In this document: one piece after another, positions 16,910 through 31,941 of the stretch
How the letters are laid out: every line of letters starts with the position of its first letter
Position numbering within the stretch: the stretch's first letter is position 1
IMG/VR virus record: IMGVR_UViG_3300021399_000121
Location: 1-43,501 of that record
Length of the DNA: 43,501 nucleotides
Origin: a virus
Taxonomy: Duplodnaviria > Heunggongvirae > Uroviricota > Caudoviricetes
Strand: one strand, 5' to 3'
The notes under the pieces: model-generated
Seen by the model: only the letters and a program-made list of their open reading frames with translations
Told to the model about the DNA's origin: nothing
Databases searched by the model: none
Made by a program: the position numbers and the translations under genes

Positions 16910-17008
16910 ATATATATCAAATATCAAAATACAATAATTCATGAGTTTTGATTTTCATATACAATAGAAATGTATTTAGAGACAAAGGAAGATAAGGAGT
17001 GTGCGGCT

Positions 17009-20000
17009 ATGATAGATTTAACAGAATCATTGTTAAAAGCTATCTCTATTGTTGCGGATCGATCTGCTGAAGAAGTAGCTTCTGATAAAACGATTAAAGT
17101 AGCTATTAAAAAAAATATAAGCACTTCTGAAGGAAAATATCTTGTAACTTATAATGGTGGAGATTTTTACGCATACACTCAATCAGGATCAAAAGATATT
17201 TATGAAGAAAATGAACAAGTATATCTTTTATTACCTGAAGGAGATATGAGCCAGAAAAAATTTATTATTGGCAAAGTTGAAGGGGAAAAGAACCAATCAG
17301 AAAAAATATTAAATAGCTCTTTGTTAAATGATTATGTATTATTAGGAGATAATGCAGTCATTGAAAAAGGGTATGGACTTTTAGGTATTCAAAAAATGCA
17401 ACCTTTGCATTTAAACTCATATAAAGTTCAAGATTATTATTATTGTTATTTAAGAGATAAAAATTTAGCAAATGAAATTGTTGATGAAAACAATAATATT
17501 ATTTATAATACTTCTGAATATCCTATAATAGATATTGATGAAGAAAGTTTTAGTAATTCGGCTAAACAAGCAAAAGCATTATTATTACGAGCTAATTTTA
17601 AAGCTTCTCTTGATACAAATAGTATAGGTAATTATGGGTTTATTGTTAATATAGCTTTTGCAGATAAAACTAATCCTCAAACTGATGAAGATAACAATGT
17701 AATATATCCTCCAAAATTAGTAGCCTATGTGCTTGATACAAATAAAATGACTGGTAATCCAGAAAAATTTTATGATTATACCTCACAATATACAATTTCT
17801 AATTTTGATGGAGAGAATTATTTATATATTGATTCTATAATTGCTTTTAGTGAAGGATTTGTTGAAGAAGAAATAAAGAATTATGATAATGAAATTATCG
17901 ATCCTTATATTTATTTTGACAATATTGAAATTATTGCTCTTAATGAAATTTCAGCTGTTAATGGTGATTATAAATTAAGACTTTCTACTCCAAAAGGGAG
18001 CACGGTTAAAGAAGGTAAAAAGGATAGCTTAGAAGTTGCGGCGACTGTCACATATCTTAATCAAGATATAACAAAAGATACTGTTTTTTATTGAGGAGCA
18101 AGAGATCCTTTAATTACATCTTCTCATGAAAAATATAATGCTAAATTGGGCCTTGGATACAGATGTCTTGATGAAAAAAATAGTAAAATAATTGTCGATG
18201 TTGAAGACCTCACCGCAATTGAAAATAATTTTATATGTGTTGCCGTCTATGAATCTGATATTATATTAAAGGCATCTGTTACTTTATATAATAATAATAA
18301 CAATTTAAAAATTACTATTGATAGTGACCAAGGGACTGTTTTTCAATTTAACGAAGGCAATCCTATTTTAACATGTTTAATTAATGATAAAACAGAGAAT
18401 TTTGTTGACAATTATCCAGATGATGGGTTTGTTTTTGTTTGAACCAAAGAAGATTCAGAATTTGGTAATATAATTCTTGATAAAAGTGAGACTCAGTTAG
18501 AAATAGAAAAAGAAAAAGAGTTACAACAATGTAGAGAAAATACTGAAACTCACTTGAGTGATGCTGGTCGCTCTGTTAGTCAAATTTTATCTTATTATTC
18601 AACAATGATTTCTCAAGTAAGAGGTATTTCTTATCCGGATGGCATTTATAAACCAAAAATTCAATGTAAATTAAAAAATACAAATGATTATGTTACTTAT
18701 TCATGTTCTGTTTATAGAGCTGATATTTATGTTGGTTATGGATCTATCACTCTTCAGAATTCTAAGAATATTGTTAATAATAATTATTATGTTACTATTA
18801 CAAATGGAGCACAAGTATTCCAATATGATGAAAATGGAGTTGCACCAAATAGTCAAAAACAAAAAAATCCAATAGAAGTATTGAATTTGACTGCGGTATT
18901 CCACAGCCCGCAAGGGGCGATAGTTACTCCTAAAAAAGTTCGTTGGATTGTTCCAGAAAATTCAACTTTAATAAACATTCCTTCTATTGGATTAGAGACT
19001 GATATTAATACAGGAGAAAGATTCTATGAAGGAGAAGTTTATCCTTTAAGTATTAAAGATATTTATGATAGTAGCTGTACTAATAATCAAATTACTGCTA
19101 TTGTTACTCATATAGATGGAACAGAGTATAGACAAGTTACTGATTTATTGTTTACCAAAGTCGGTGAAATTGGTACAAATGGTACTTCAACAGTTTTAAA
19201 GATTGATGAACTTATTAATGTTCCAACAGATGAGTGTTTAACAATTATAAAAAATTCTGAAGAAGAAGCTTTTTATAATGAAGGAAGTCGTTCTAGTGAT
19301 ACTATTTTAGAAGCTAAAATGTATACAAATAATGCACAAACTTTAGGTCATAGTACGACTTGGAGCATTGCCGGTGGGTCAAATATACAGGCTTATAAGT
19401 ATAAAGTAGAAAAAGAAAATAATGCTTGTAAAGTTACTTATGATGGGAATGAAAATGCTTTAGATGTTCGTATTATAAAAGCTCAAGCAGATTTTGAGGG
19501 TAAAACTTATTCTAGTTTTTATGGTATTCCCGCAATTGAATACGCTGAAAATTATAATTATGATGAGTATCCAATAAAAATAATGCGAGATAAAACATTA
19601 AAAACAGTTCTTTATGATTCTAGTGGAAATAATCCTTCTTATGATGAAAATAAAGGTGTCCATATTGAATTTGGAAATTGAGATAATGACAAAATTAAAT
19701 ATCTAGAGTGAAGTGTTGAAAGTGGCGTAAAGATAGATGGTGAATATGAAAATCCTAATCTATTACTTTCAAGAACTCCTAAACAAAAGATAGGCTCTAA
19801 AGAATTAAAGATAGAATTAGATATGCAAGAAATTCAATCTTTTATATTAGAGACTCAAAGTCGAAGTGAGGATTGCGCTGAGGGTGCATCTCCAGATATA
19901 AAGAAATATATAAATAAGTTTTTAGTAGATGTTGAAAAAATTGCAGGTGACAATATTTTACTTGCATATAATAAAAATACTATCCTTTGAAATAGATTAA

Positions 20001-23000
20001 ATAATTTTATTGATAAAGCTCCTGAGCCATCGAATATTTTTATACAAAGAGTTTATGAAATGTACAAAGAACTCTTTTTACAAATAGAGGAAGAATTAAC
20101 AAATTGTAGAGAAATAAATGAAGAAAATGCGGCTATATATAATAAAATACAACAAAATATCTGAAAAAGTGAATGGCCGAGTGTTATTACAGAAGATAGA
20201 TTACATACATCATCTTTAAGTTCTATTAATAGTATTGAAAAATTAATTGAAATATATCAACAAGCATATGATGATAGGTCTAATGATTTAGACGATGCTA
20301 TAAAAATGCCAGCAAGAAAAGAGATTTTTGATAGTGATTTTAGAACTGTCTTAGATGAAATGGATAGACAATATAAAAGTTATGTTGGTGTTGGTGAAAA
20401 TAAGAAAAAAGATGATTTTAATCCTATTTTAGTTGAATACGCAAAAATTTTAATTGGTTATATTAGTCTTTTGGTTAATGAAACTTCAAGTTACTTTAAT
20501 AACAATGATGATATAAAAAGTAAATATAGTTTTATTAATAAAGATTGAGAAGGATTAACCAGTATAATTGGTGAAAACATCTATGGATGCGTATCTTCTA
20601 CTCTTGACGAGAATATTGCTAGTATTTATACAATTGCTCGTGCATTATATAAATATTATCAAAAACTTTATTTAAGTGTAAAAAGAACTCAAATAGCAGA
20701 AGAGTCTAAAACACTTAATGCTTGAAATTCTTTGTTAAATGGAGAACAGCCAGATTTGTTAAAACAAATTTATGTTATTCCAAATGAAAGTTTTAATGGC
20801 TTATATATGAATAATAATGTTGTTGGTACAGTATTTATTAAAGAAAATGGCCAAAATTTTGTTGTTGCAAAAATATACGTTCCAATTATTATGACACTTA
20901 ATACATATGAACTTTCAGCATTGAATGGTTGAGATGGAACAAGTATAGAAATCGGAGACGATCATATCATGACACCGCAAATTGGTGCGGGTATAAAAGA
21001 TGAAGTTACAAATACTTTTACTGGTATGGTTATGGGTGCTCTTAGCAACATGTCTAATGAAGATAATTCTTCTACTGCTTTTGAGTCTAAAATAGATGAA
21101 AATAATGCTAAAGTCGGTTTAATTGGATATTCAAATGGTAAACAATCTGTTTTTATTGATTCTATTACAGGAAAAGCCACTTTTGGATTGCCAGAAGATG
21201 ATTCGAATCTAACAAATGAAGGACGTATTGTTTTAAATCCTGGCGGTGTTAGTAAAATTGGTAATTGAAAAATAGGGAACCGTTTTCTTTATAATATTGT
21301 TGATGGTACTTATGAGAGACGAAGTGACGCAGATGCTCGCAATAATAAGTCAAAAAATAAATTAATGGTTCCGCATAATAAACATGGAATTATTCTTAGT
21401 TCTGATCAACCTTACATTCATGTTAAAGGTGAAGTGTATGATGAAGAAAATATAACTGGTATTAATTATGAAGATGAATATAATAATATAAATCCTGAAG
21501 ATAGTCTTGAATTAAGAATAGATCCTGGTGATAAATCTTTATTCTCAATTGTTCAACATACTTCTGGTTTTGGTGATGAGGATATAGAAGATTTACATTT
21601 TGGATATAAAGATTTTAATTCAGATTCTATAACAGTTATTAGAAATTATGTTGCAAATCAGAATACTCCTGAATTAAATCAAGCTGGTGGTGATTCAGAA
21701 TATTATATTTATAGATTAGATTATAAACTTCAACCAGATGAAGATGGTAATCTTATTGCTAAACCTTTTTATAATGAAGAAAATGAAGCTACTAACTATT
21801 TTTCAAAAATTAATTCAGATTTAAACCCATGGAAAGAAACTTTTACTTTTACTATTTTAGATTCTGCACAAAATAATATTTCTTTAAATTGAGCATTAAC
21901 TAAAGATAATTTTAAAAAAACGACAACAACCACTGAAGCTGGTCCTGTTTTTAGTATTGATAGTGATAGTGGTTTGATTAGTTATAATCCAAATAATTTA
22001 ATTTGGGATGATGATAGTAGTAGTAGTAATGGAAGTAATATAGTTGGATTTTCTAACAATGATGGATGGTATGATGTTACTGGAAGAACATCTACTGAAG
22101 ATGATTTTTTGGTAGAAACTGAATATCAAAAATATATAGATACTTCTATTATTAAAGATGAGACTATAGGACAAATAAGAAATAAGCTTAATTATAAAAT
22201 CTACCAAATAAGACTTCTCAATTCTAAAATATACCATGAATTAGAAAATATTGTCTTAAATAGTGCTAATGATGGCTATGCTCAATTTTATGTTGTTACA
22301 AATAAGGATTATACTATTGAACAAGCTCTATTAAAATCTGAAGAAATTAGTCTTTGAAGTAATTATGATGATTTAAATATTGAACTTTTTTCATTTAATA
22401 ATAATTATATTTCCAAGAATCAAATATGTTATTTAAAACTACAAATAAGAATTAATTCATACACTATCGATGGTATTTGTTCTAATTCAATAAAGAAAAA
22501 AATAATATCCTATTATAAAACTCCACCTGTTTCACCGTATGGTACTGTTAAGATAACTAATGCTGGTGCTAGTGCACAAAGGCAAAATTTTACTGTTGCA
22601 AATGATGATGGCACTAATATAACTGGGCAATATTGAGTTTCTTCTAATAATAATTTTTATCTTTTTGTTAATAATAATGAGGAATATGATTTTGTTCTTT
22701 GAAAACAGGGCGAAGAGAGTTCTTCAAGAATAGGTCGAGCTTTTGGAAATGGAAAACATTCTAGGTTTTGTACAAGTACTACTAATGCTATAGAAGAAGA
22801 AAAACTTGATTACTTTTATGAAGGTTTTTCTCAAAATAGTACTTGATATATAAATTTTTATTCTCCAGGAACTTATGTAGAGGATATTTTTGAATATGTT
22901 GATACTGAATCTGGTTCATCAGAGTATAACACTATTGGTACACAAGAAGCAAGTATTTATATTACTAAAGAAGAGGGAACTTTAGTTTTTAATACTAGAG

Positions 23001-24985
23001 AATCTGTTTCTCCAGAAAAAGATAATATTGATAACGATGTTACCGTAAATAGTGAATTAAAAATTAAATATCGGGCGATAGTATCTTCGGTTGATTTTAC
23101 AACTTATAAAAATACATATGCAATTGATTGAAGTGTTGTAGATTCAAATTATGATAATATAAAAATTTCTTGAGGATTAAAAACAAATCTTGAAATTGGA
23201 AATATTCTCGGTCTTACTCCAAGTGCAGATGCTTTAAGTAATAAGAGACTTTGTGTTCAAGAGAATGACAGTATTCAAAGTCTTCAAGGAATTCCTTATG
23301 CTAAAACATATTGGTATCAAGATGAAAATAATGGAAACGAAGAAAAATGAGTTATTCTTTATAAAGAATATTATCAATGAGTAAATAGTGATAATAATAA
23401 TAAATCACAATATGGTTATATTGACATAATTAAAAATGATAATATTTATTACAAATATATAAAAACATTTAGAGTAGATGTTGTAAATAATTGATTTAAA
23501 AACGGTGGTTTAGAAATAGAGCACGGAGATAAAACACAAGGCTCTAATGTTTTTGATTGAATTGGTATACCTGTTGATAGAAGATCTTTTAAAGATAATC
23601 TCTATTGAAAAGAATTTATTCGAGTAGGTCTAGATGAAAATGGCCGTTTCTTCAGTGCTGGATTTCAAGATAAAAAAACATATAGTCGAACAGGAAAAAT
23701 ATATGCTTTTGGTAAAGTTCCAGATTTATATGGTCAAGAAATTAGGACTCAAAAAAGTCTTAATGATTACACGCCTATTTTAAAAATTTTCTCAAAAATG
23801 AATGATATAAATACAACATATATCACTCAAGGAACTAATGATAATGGAAATATTAGTATTAGAACATCTGGGACAACTGATAATTATATTGAGTTAGCTA
23901 CTAGTAAGAAATTTGAAAATAATAATGCAACGATTCCTGAAAAAACTACTTATATAAGAGTTAGTTCTTCTAATGGCATCGAAATTCAAGCAGAGAATGA
24001 TTCTAACTTATTCTTATTAACATCAAAGAAACTAGATATAAAAAATGAAGGTAATATATCATTAAGTTCTACCCAAGGTGATATAATACTTAAAAATAAT
24101 GGAGATAAATCCGTTCAAATAAAATCTCTTTCTTATAAAAATACGTCTAAGGAAAATAATCCAGGAGACAAAGAAGATGAAAATAATTACGGTTATCATG
24201 AAATTTCTGCTGGTATCAAAATAGAAGAAAAAAGAGATAGTAGTGGTAATGTAATAAAAGATGATAATGGTAATGCAATAAAAGAAAAAAAGCCGGAAAT
24301 AAAATTAGGTATAGTACCAATAAACAATTCTAGAATGTATAGTTCTTTAATAATTGATTATAATAAAGTAGAATTGCATTTTGATAATTCTTTCCTTAGT
24401 ATAAATAAAGATAGTTTTAAAATTAATAGTGCGAATAAAATGAATCTTGAATTCATTAATAGTAATGATAATGAAAGTCAAATTGATTTAAAGAATGGAA
24501 ATAGTAATATTAATCTTAAAAAGTTTCAGTCGGGTGATCGTAGTGAATATAGTATTGAATTAAACGTAGGTACAAATAATCAAATTGCGATTACAAATAA
24601 AATTATTCTTAAAGCAAGTTCTGGTATTGATATACAATCTAATAATATGATAACGATGACAGCAAGAGATATTAAAATGAGTGTGAGTGGGTCTTTGTCT
24701 TTAGATGGTATTTTAAATGTTGGGACACAGTCTGAGTTTGCAATTCGTATGTATTCTAAGAATTTTACTCATGATAATAGTAAGAAATATCTTGTTTTAA
24801 AAGCTTCTGATTTAGAAAAAATGTTATATTGATATAATCATTACCGTTGAGGGATGGCTCTTCAAGGTAATACTCTTTTTATAAGAAAAACTGGTAGATC
24901 TACTGAATGTGAAGGTAGTTGAGATAGTTCTACACAAACTTGAAAGTGAAATTTTTATAATATTGGAAATTATCTTTCTAACTAA
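17009..24985 (+). CDS. Giant tail/virion structural protein, 2658 aa, 27 in-frame TGA=Trp
   Basis: Nine track fragments (16970 to 23798) share one frame. I read all the gaps and found only TGA, no TAA/TAG, until 24983. TGAs fall in motifs such as LNG(W)DGTSI and IGN(W)KIG. SD AAGGAG before ATG 17009. Tail function inferred from context and remembered motifs. Confidence 0.85.
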
Positions 24986-24998
24986 AGGATGATGATAT

Positions 24999-26315
24999 AT
25001 GGGAATTATAAAAAGGCCAGGAAATGAGTATGATTTTAAAGAGAACTTACTTTATCCAATAAAAGAACTATATTTAACAACTGATAAAGGAGAGAAAGAG
25101 ATATATAGGCTTGTAGTTAATGGTAGTTTATTTTATGCCAAATGTAAAATTAATTTTAAATGAAATCGACCGAGACTTGGTGATAATAAAATTCATTGAG
25201 CTGATCTTCAAACATTAAAATTAAGTGATGGTGTTTGGCATAATTCTTGAACACGCGATGCTCGTGATATTAAAGATTTCTGTATATATGGTTTTTATGG
25301 CGATGGATTTTATCTTCGAAATCATAACAAGTATATAAAATATGAAGAAGAAGAATTATCAAATATACTTTATGGTGAAGCACAATGAGGTGATTTTGAA
25401 GGATGGTATACTAAAAAAGAGGGTGGAGAGAAAATTGAAAAAATAAGGGATATAAAATCCAAAACAACTTTGTTCGATTATAAAAATAAAAATACTATTC
25501 CTGAAATTACACTATATGGTCATTGAAAAGTTCATAGTTTTACAATAAAAGTAAATATTCCAGAATTTTATTGTAAAGAAAAACCAAGTTTGAAATCAAA
25601 ACCAACATGGCAACCATCAATAAAACAAATGAAGAAAAAATTCGTTTTTACAGTAGAAGAAAATAGTCGCAAAGAAAAATTTTTAGTTTTTCATGAAGTA
25701 CCTGTATATACAGATATTATTTCTTTTATAGAAAAAAGAATAAATAGAAAATCTATAAAATATGTTACATGAGCAAAGAACATTCTTGGAAACAATGCTA
25801 AATTAAAACAAGGACCTCAAAAATTTTTAGGATGGCAAGTTTATGATAATGATTCTTCTGGTTTTGAAAGAAGTCTTTGATGAAATAATGATTCAGATGG
25901 CGATTGAACAAAACCAGCATTAAAATCTTATATTGTTTCTGCTGGAAATCTAGGTTCTGGAATAAACACTTTTTATGTTTATCCTTGTTTTCAAGTTCTT
26001 GTAATTGTTTTACCAGCAAAAACTTCAAGTGGAAAAACTATAAAAGGAAGCGGAAAATTTTATACTTTTACATTACCAACAGCCAATATATGAGATGAAG
26101 ATACTGTCGTTGCAGTTTGGAAAGAATCTATAACTACTTATGGAGGATTTATTGAGAAGTATCTTGGTTTTCCACATGGATATCCAGACGGGTATCCAAA
26201 ATATCATTGGAAGGTTACAAAAAGAGAAGGTATTTATTCTTCTTATTATAATAATGATTATTATGGATATCCGTATTCTTCAACAATAGTTATAGAACTT
26301 AAAAAAGATAGTTAA
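24999..26315 (+). CDS. Virion-associated protein with InlB B-repeat (Listeria-Bacteroides repeat)-like domain, 438 aa, 10 TGA=Trp
   Basis: Continuous frame from ATG 24999 to TAA 26313. FEGWYTKKEGGEKI...ITLYGH(W)KVHSFTI matches the F.GWY...TLYA.W B-repeat pattern. Contains a tandem TGATGA at 25878. Confidence 0.75.
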
Positions 26316-26339
26316 TAATATAAAAAGAGAGGTATTTAA

Positions 26340-28166
26340 ATGGCAACTGCTTTAGAAACCATATATCCGCCGCAAGTAGAAACTTTTATGCCTTCTTTCT
26401 GTTATAATGAATCTGCTGTAGTATGATTTAAAATACCTTCTTATAGTGAGGATAAAAAAGGATTAATCAAATATATTCATGTATCTATGGTTGATCAACG
26501 AAATAATCAAAATGTATTTGCGGGTAAAAAAGGTAATACTACTGTTTACCCGCAATACTATCCTCTTGCATTTAGTTCATCAATGTACGATGAATCAAAA
26601 AAAATGTATAAAATTATTATTCCTCCGAAGGTTTTAAAGGGATCTATTTATAATCCTAATCAATATTATAAAATACAGCTACGTTTCGATTTAACAGGAA
26701 GTATAAATTATTCTGCTTATAATAATACTTATAACAATCCAACTAATTTTTTTAAAATAGATGGATCAACTGTTACGGCGGATGCTTTAAAATTAGCAAA
26801 TTATACAAATTATAATCAAGATAATTTTTCAGAATGATCAACAGGGACATTAATAAAGCCTATATTTATTCCAGTTTTATCAATAACAAATATTCTTACA
26901 GATATTTATCCTAGTACAGATGTACCAATAGTAGGTCATTTATCTTTTAAAAGAAATATAAACGATGAATCTGATGAAACGACTTCAGAGCGATTATCTT
27001 GATATCAAATAAAAATAATTACAAATGATAATAATAAAAAAGAAAGATATAGTAGTGATAAAATTCTTGCAATTAATAATAAAATTAATTATAGAATCAA
27101 TACTTGGTTTTTAGACCCTGGTAATTATACAATAAAAATAATTTATGAAACAGAAAATGGATATAACCAAACAGAAGAATATCCAATTCAAATTAAAGAT
27201 TATAACTATGAAGTAGAAATTGAATATAATAAAGATGAACTTATTAATGAAGAAGATGGTTCTATTAAACTTGTCTTAAGAATAGATGAACTTGATCCTG
27301 GATATTTAATTGTTAGACGTTCATCACATCGTTCAAACTTTCAACATTGAGATTTAATTTCTACTTATGATATTGAACAGCAACAACAATATGGGGATAC
27401 TCTAACAATAAAAGATGATACCATAGAAAGTATGACAGGTTATCGATATCAATTACAATATGCTGAGAGAAAAGAAAAAGAAACAGAAATAGACGAAGAT
27501 AATAAATATGAATATATTTTATATAAACCGCAATATATAGAAGAAGGGAATGTTCTCCATTGTGATTTTTATGGTAGTTTATTCTCAGATAAAGATAAAA
27601 AATTAAAAATTAGTTTTAATTTTCAACCATCCAATAGAGCAAATGCGCCTAATCGTTCAAAAGTAGATACTCTTGGAGGACAGTATCCAATTTTTACACA
27701 AAATTCAAAATTAAAATATCATATTTATACTATTAATGGTCTTATTTCTACAGAAGATTGCGGCGAATCTTTCTTATCTAAAGAAAAAATTTTTGGGTCT
27801 GAATATTATAATTATCGTTATAACAAAGAAGAAGTCACAGATACATCAATTTTAGGTGGAAAGTCTGGTTCATCTATTCCAATTGAAAAAATTCAACCTA
27901 ATAATGATTGACTCTATGAGCGTGAATATAGAGATGCTGTTGAAGAATGGCTGAATAATGGTAAACCAAAACTCTTTAGATCAATGACAGAAGGTAATAT
28001 GATAGTCATGTTAGATGGTATCACTTTAACCCCTAAAACTCAGCTAGGCCGCAGATTATATGATTTTAGTGCGACAATGTATGAAATAGGAGACGGAAAA
28101 GATTTTAACTCCATTGTTTCTTTTGGATTATTTGATATGAAGAATGATGGTGGATGAGGAATATAA
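26340..28166 (+). CDS. Tail/baseplate-region structural protein, 608 aa, 6 TGA=Trp
   Basis: SD GAGAGGT. Continuous frame to TAA 28164. Motifs IYPP, FSE(W)ST...IKPI, RRSS...FQH(W)D, KVDTLGGQYP and GKPKLFRSMTEGN. Confidence 0.8.
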
Positions 28167-28184
28167 ATTTACTAAGGAGGAAAA

Positions 28185-31100
28185 ATGAAAAAGCAATATC
28201 CGTATTCTAACGACACAGATTTTCTTAGTAAAATTGATAATTTCCATGTCCGAGAACAATGGGTTAGAATTACTTTACTTGAATATAGTAGTGAAATACC
28301 TTTAGAAAATATTGAAGGAAAAGTTACTGGTGGAACTCTCTCAAAGTCAGGGGATTCCACCGTACGCCGCACTTGCAATTTAGATTGCGTGGTTGATGCT
28401 TTTAAATATAATCCTGACAGTATTAAAGCGAATTATTCAATATCTAAAAAAATATATCTTGAATTAGGTATTACTAATGATACGGAAGATTATCCTGAAG
28501 AAAAAGTTATTTGGTTTCCTCAAGGTGTTTTCTTCATATCAGGATTTTCAATTTCTAATTCTGCTACTGGTAGTGTAGCGATTAATTTAGAGTTTAAAGA
28601 TAAAATGGCTCAATTAGATGGTACTATTGGAGGAGTTCTTCCAGCAACAACCAGATTTGATACAATAACAACAATAAATAATAATATTATTCAAGATAAG
28701 AAAGTTCTTATATATGATATTATTATGGAAACTGTTAATCATTTTGGCGGCGAAGATATTTCTAATATTATTATTGATGATATTCCTAAAAAAGCTAAAA
28801 GAATTGTTAAATGAATGGGTCAAGAGTCTGTTTGAATTTATCCGATTTCTAAGAATGGAAAAATATCTTGAGATATTTGTTTTGCATCTGATCTTGATAA
28901 AAAACAATCTGCTCACACTCCTATAAACAGTAATGGTCAGATAATAGGTGCAAAAGAATATAAGCAAAATGAAAATATCGGTTATGTCTATGAAGATTTT
29001 ACTTATAATGAAGAGCTTACTTTTGATGCGGGAAGTAAAGTAACAGATGTTTTAGACAGAATTAAAAGTTGGCTTGGCAACTATGAATATTTTTATGACG
29101 AATATGGACAATTTCATTTTCAGGAAATTAAAAATTATTTAAATAATTCTCAATCTGCGAATATTTGAGATAAAATTCTTAATGAAACAACTGATGATGA
29201 TTATTTATATGAACCAAATCGTGGAAAAGCTGTTTATACTTTTGATGATAGTGTTAATTTAATAAGTATTTCAAATAAGCCAGTTTATGAAAATATTAAA
29301 AATGATTTTCTTGTTGAAGGTGTTATAAAAGTTAATAATATTGAACATCCTTGTAGATATCATCTTGTAATTGATGATAAACCCACAATTAATTTAGAAG
29401 GATATGACAATATTTTAATGTATACAGACCCTCTAACAAATAACATGACTATCACAAAACCAGAAATAGTTACTCCTCAAAAAGATTCTTCCCAAGAGTA
29501 TAAATGAATTTTACCAGAATTTGCGGAAGATGGAAAAATTTATGGATTGCTAGAAGAACCAAAAGATTTTGTCTATAAAAAAACATTGACAGATATGAAT
29601 GATTTTGCAGTAGAATATAATAATTTAGTCAATGAAGAAAATTCACTTATTTCTGAAGATGGAGAAATAATTCAAGACAGTTTGAATGAAACTGTAAAAG
29701 ATTATTTGTTTAATTTATTAGAAACTTATATGGAATATGATGATTTTGTTGCATATAAACCAAAATATAGAGATACCATTTTTACATTAGTTAGACGTTT
29801 GCATCAATATTCTTTTACAAAAAAAGTACCTCTTCCAACAACAACCGACTATTATGATGAATTATATACTCGATATGGCGTAGACATGTCTGTTGCTGTA
29901 AATACTGATGCTAATGGACAAAATTTAATTGCAGAAAGAATTTCTTGGTGCGGGTGCCTATTACAATTATTATATGATTCTTTTGAGAATATTAGTGATA
30001 AATATAAACAACAACCTCCCGCAAAATATAAAGATATGAATTATTGAAAAAGTATTAATGTACCAATTAAAAATTTATGAGACGGTATTACTACAGAAGA
30101 GAGTAATGAATTAAAAGCTATTCAAAAAAGAAAATGTTCAGAATATATAGAAGAGATAATAATAAAACAGAAACAATTAAAAATATTAATTGAACAATAT
30201 GGGCAAATGATTAATGAAAATAATTTTAGAATTAATCAATACAATGAAAATTCAGACATATCAGAAAATGAACAAGCCGTAAAAAATGAATTAATTTCAA
30301 TAAGAGATAATATTTTAAATAAACAAGTTGATTTATTTAAAGCAGAACAAGATATTTGCGGGAAACGATTAACAATATTATATGCTATACTTACCGCACT
30401 TGGAGCACCAAGTTCCGCAGTAGGTGAAACATATTACACTGTTGATATATCTATGCCTGTTTTAACAACATCTTTTTGGTATTTTAATATTAATAAAGAT
30501 AAAGATAATTATGGATGAAATGAAATTGAGTGATATAAGTATTATCATAAAAATACAGGGATAGAAGAATATTATCCTAATGGATTAGGTTCTATGACAT
30601 ATATTGATTATTCAAAAATTAATTGAGAAGAACCAGAATCAAGAGAAGATATTCCTTCAATGAATCGTTATTCATCTTGATATCAAAATTATTATATTGA
30701 TTATGCTGAAAAAAATGATATGCCATATTTTAATGATGAACTAGATTCTTATATTCCAACAAATTGACGAACAGAATTGTTCTTAATGGGACTACGAGCA
30801 GAAGAAAATGGAACAGACCCAGGGCATTATTATCAAGAATTGAAACTTAACTGGCCCGCAGTTTTTGATTTTAAAAATGAACAGTTAGTAGCAACAACTA
30901 TTAAATATCTTGATTATTTTGTTGGTAATACTGGTGTAATATTAAGTGATGGTTATAACTTTAATGAAAACACTGCCAACGCAAATACTTCTAAAGCTAA
31001 ATTTAATGCTAAAGAAAGTGCTCTTATACAAAATCTTTTATCAGTTTATGAAAATGGCAGTTACTATTATTTCTTTGATATGATAGATAGCTCTTCTCCA

Positions 31101-31562
31101 ACTTGAGGAGAATATAGTGTAAATAATATAGGGCGTCGTACTAATGTAAATGTAAATAAAAATATTAATTGTTTATTTGCACCGCATATTCCAGACTATG
31201 CTTTTGTTAATGTTAGTGGTTTAAATACTCAAAAGCGTAAAGAAATTTTTGCAGAACTTGAAGATATTGCTGAGGATATTATTCAAATAACAGATAATTT
31301 TTATGATAATTTTGCTACAGGTCAACTTAAACAATCTGCTTATGAACAAATTAGATATGACTTACAAGAGTATACTTCATATCAAAACACTGTAAGCATT
31401 TCCGCAATTCCTTGTTTTTATTTAGAACCTGGTGTTCGAGTTGAAATAAAAGATCATACTACAAATACTTATGGTGATTATATAGTAAAAAATATCTCTA
31501 TTCCTCTTGGAATTGGAAATAATATGTCAGTAACTATGTCTAAAGCAATAGAACGAATTTAA
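28185..31562 (+). CDS. Tail protein, 1125 aa, 13 TGA=Trp
   Basis: SD AAGGAGG. Continuous frame to TAA 31560. Motifs GDSTVRRTCNL, IWFPQGVF, KDKMAQLDGTIGG, VK(W)MG, LGNYEYFYD, TN(W)RTEL and IP.FYLEPG. I recognise these as phage tail-tip type. Confidence 0.82.
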
Positions 31563-31572
31563 GGAGGCTTAT

Positions 31573-31845
31573 ATGGATATAGCTACAATTAGTATTTTGA
31601 TTATAACAATCAGTTGTATAGTTGGATTGACTGAATGAGTAAGAACAATAAAAAATGATACCGGAAAAACAGTTGCGCAAATTCGGACTCTTGAAACTAA
31701 AATGAATCATATTGAAGAACAATTAGGTGAATTAGAAAAATCAGAAGAATTAATTGAAGCTACTGTCCATAAAGCCATTGAAGAAAAAATTGTTAATGAA
31801 AAAACTCTTGCTTTAATTCAAGAAAAACTTAAACTTCAAAAATAA
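31573..31845 (+). CDS. Single-TM coiled-coil protein (XhlA/holin-like), 90 aa, TGA=Trp22
   Basis: SD AAGGAGG. MDIATISILIITISCIVGLTE(W)VRTIKND... then a coiled coil; TAA 31843. Absent from the ORF track. Confidence 0.7.
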
Positions 31846-31894
31846 TATCAAAAAATAATTTTAAATAACAAAAGATAATAATGATTATTAACTG

Positions 31895-31914
31895 AAAATT
31901 AAATATAATGGAAA
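31895..31914 (+). promoter_or_regulatory. Candidate late-promoter motif (AAAATTAAATATAATGGAAA)
   Basis: 19/20 identical to 41300-41319. Both are intergenic, upstream of an SD, and lack a -35. Confidence 0.55.
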
Positions 31915-31941
31915 AAGAAAAATAGCTACTAGAGGAGAAAT

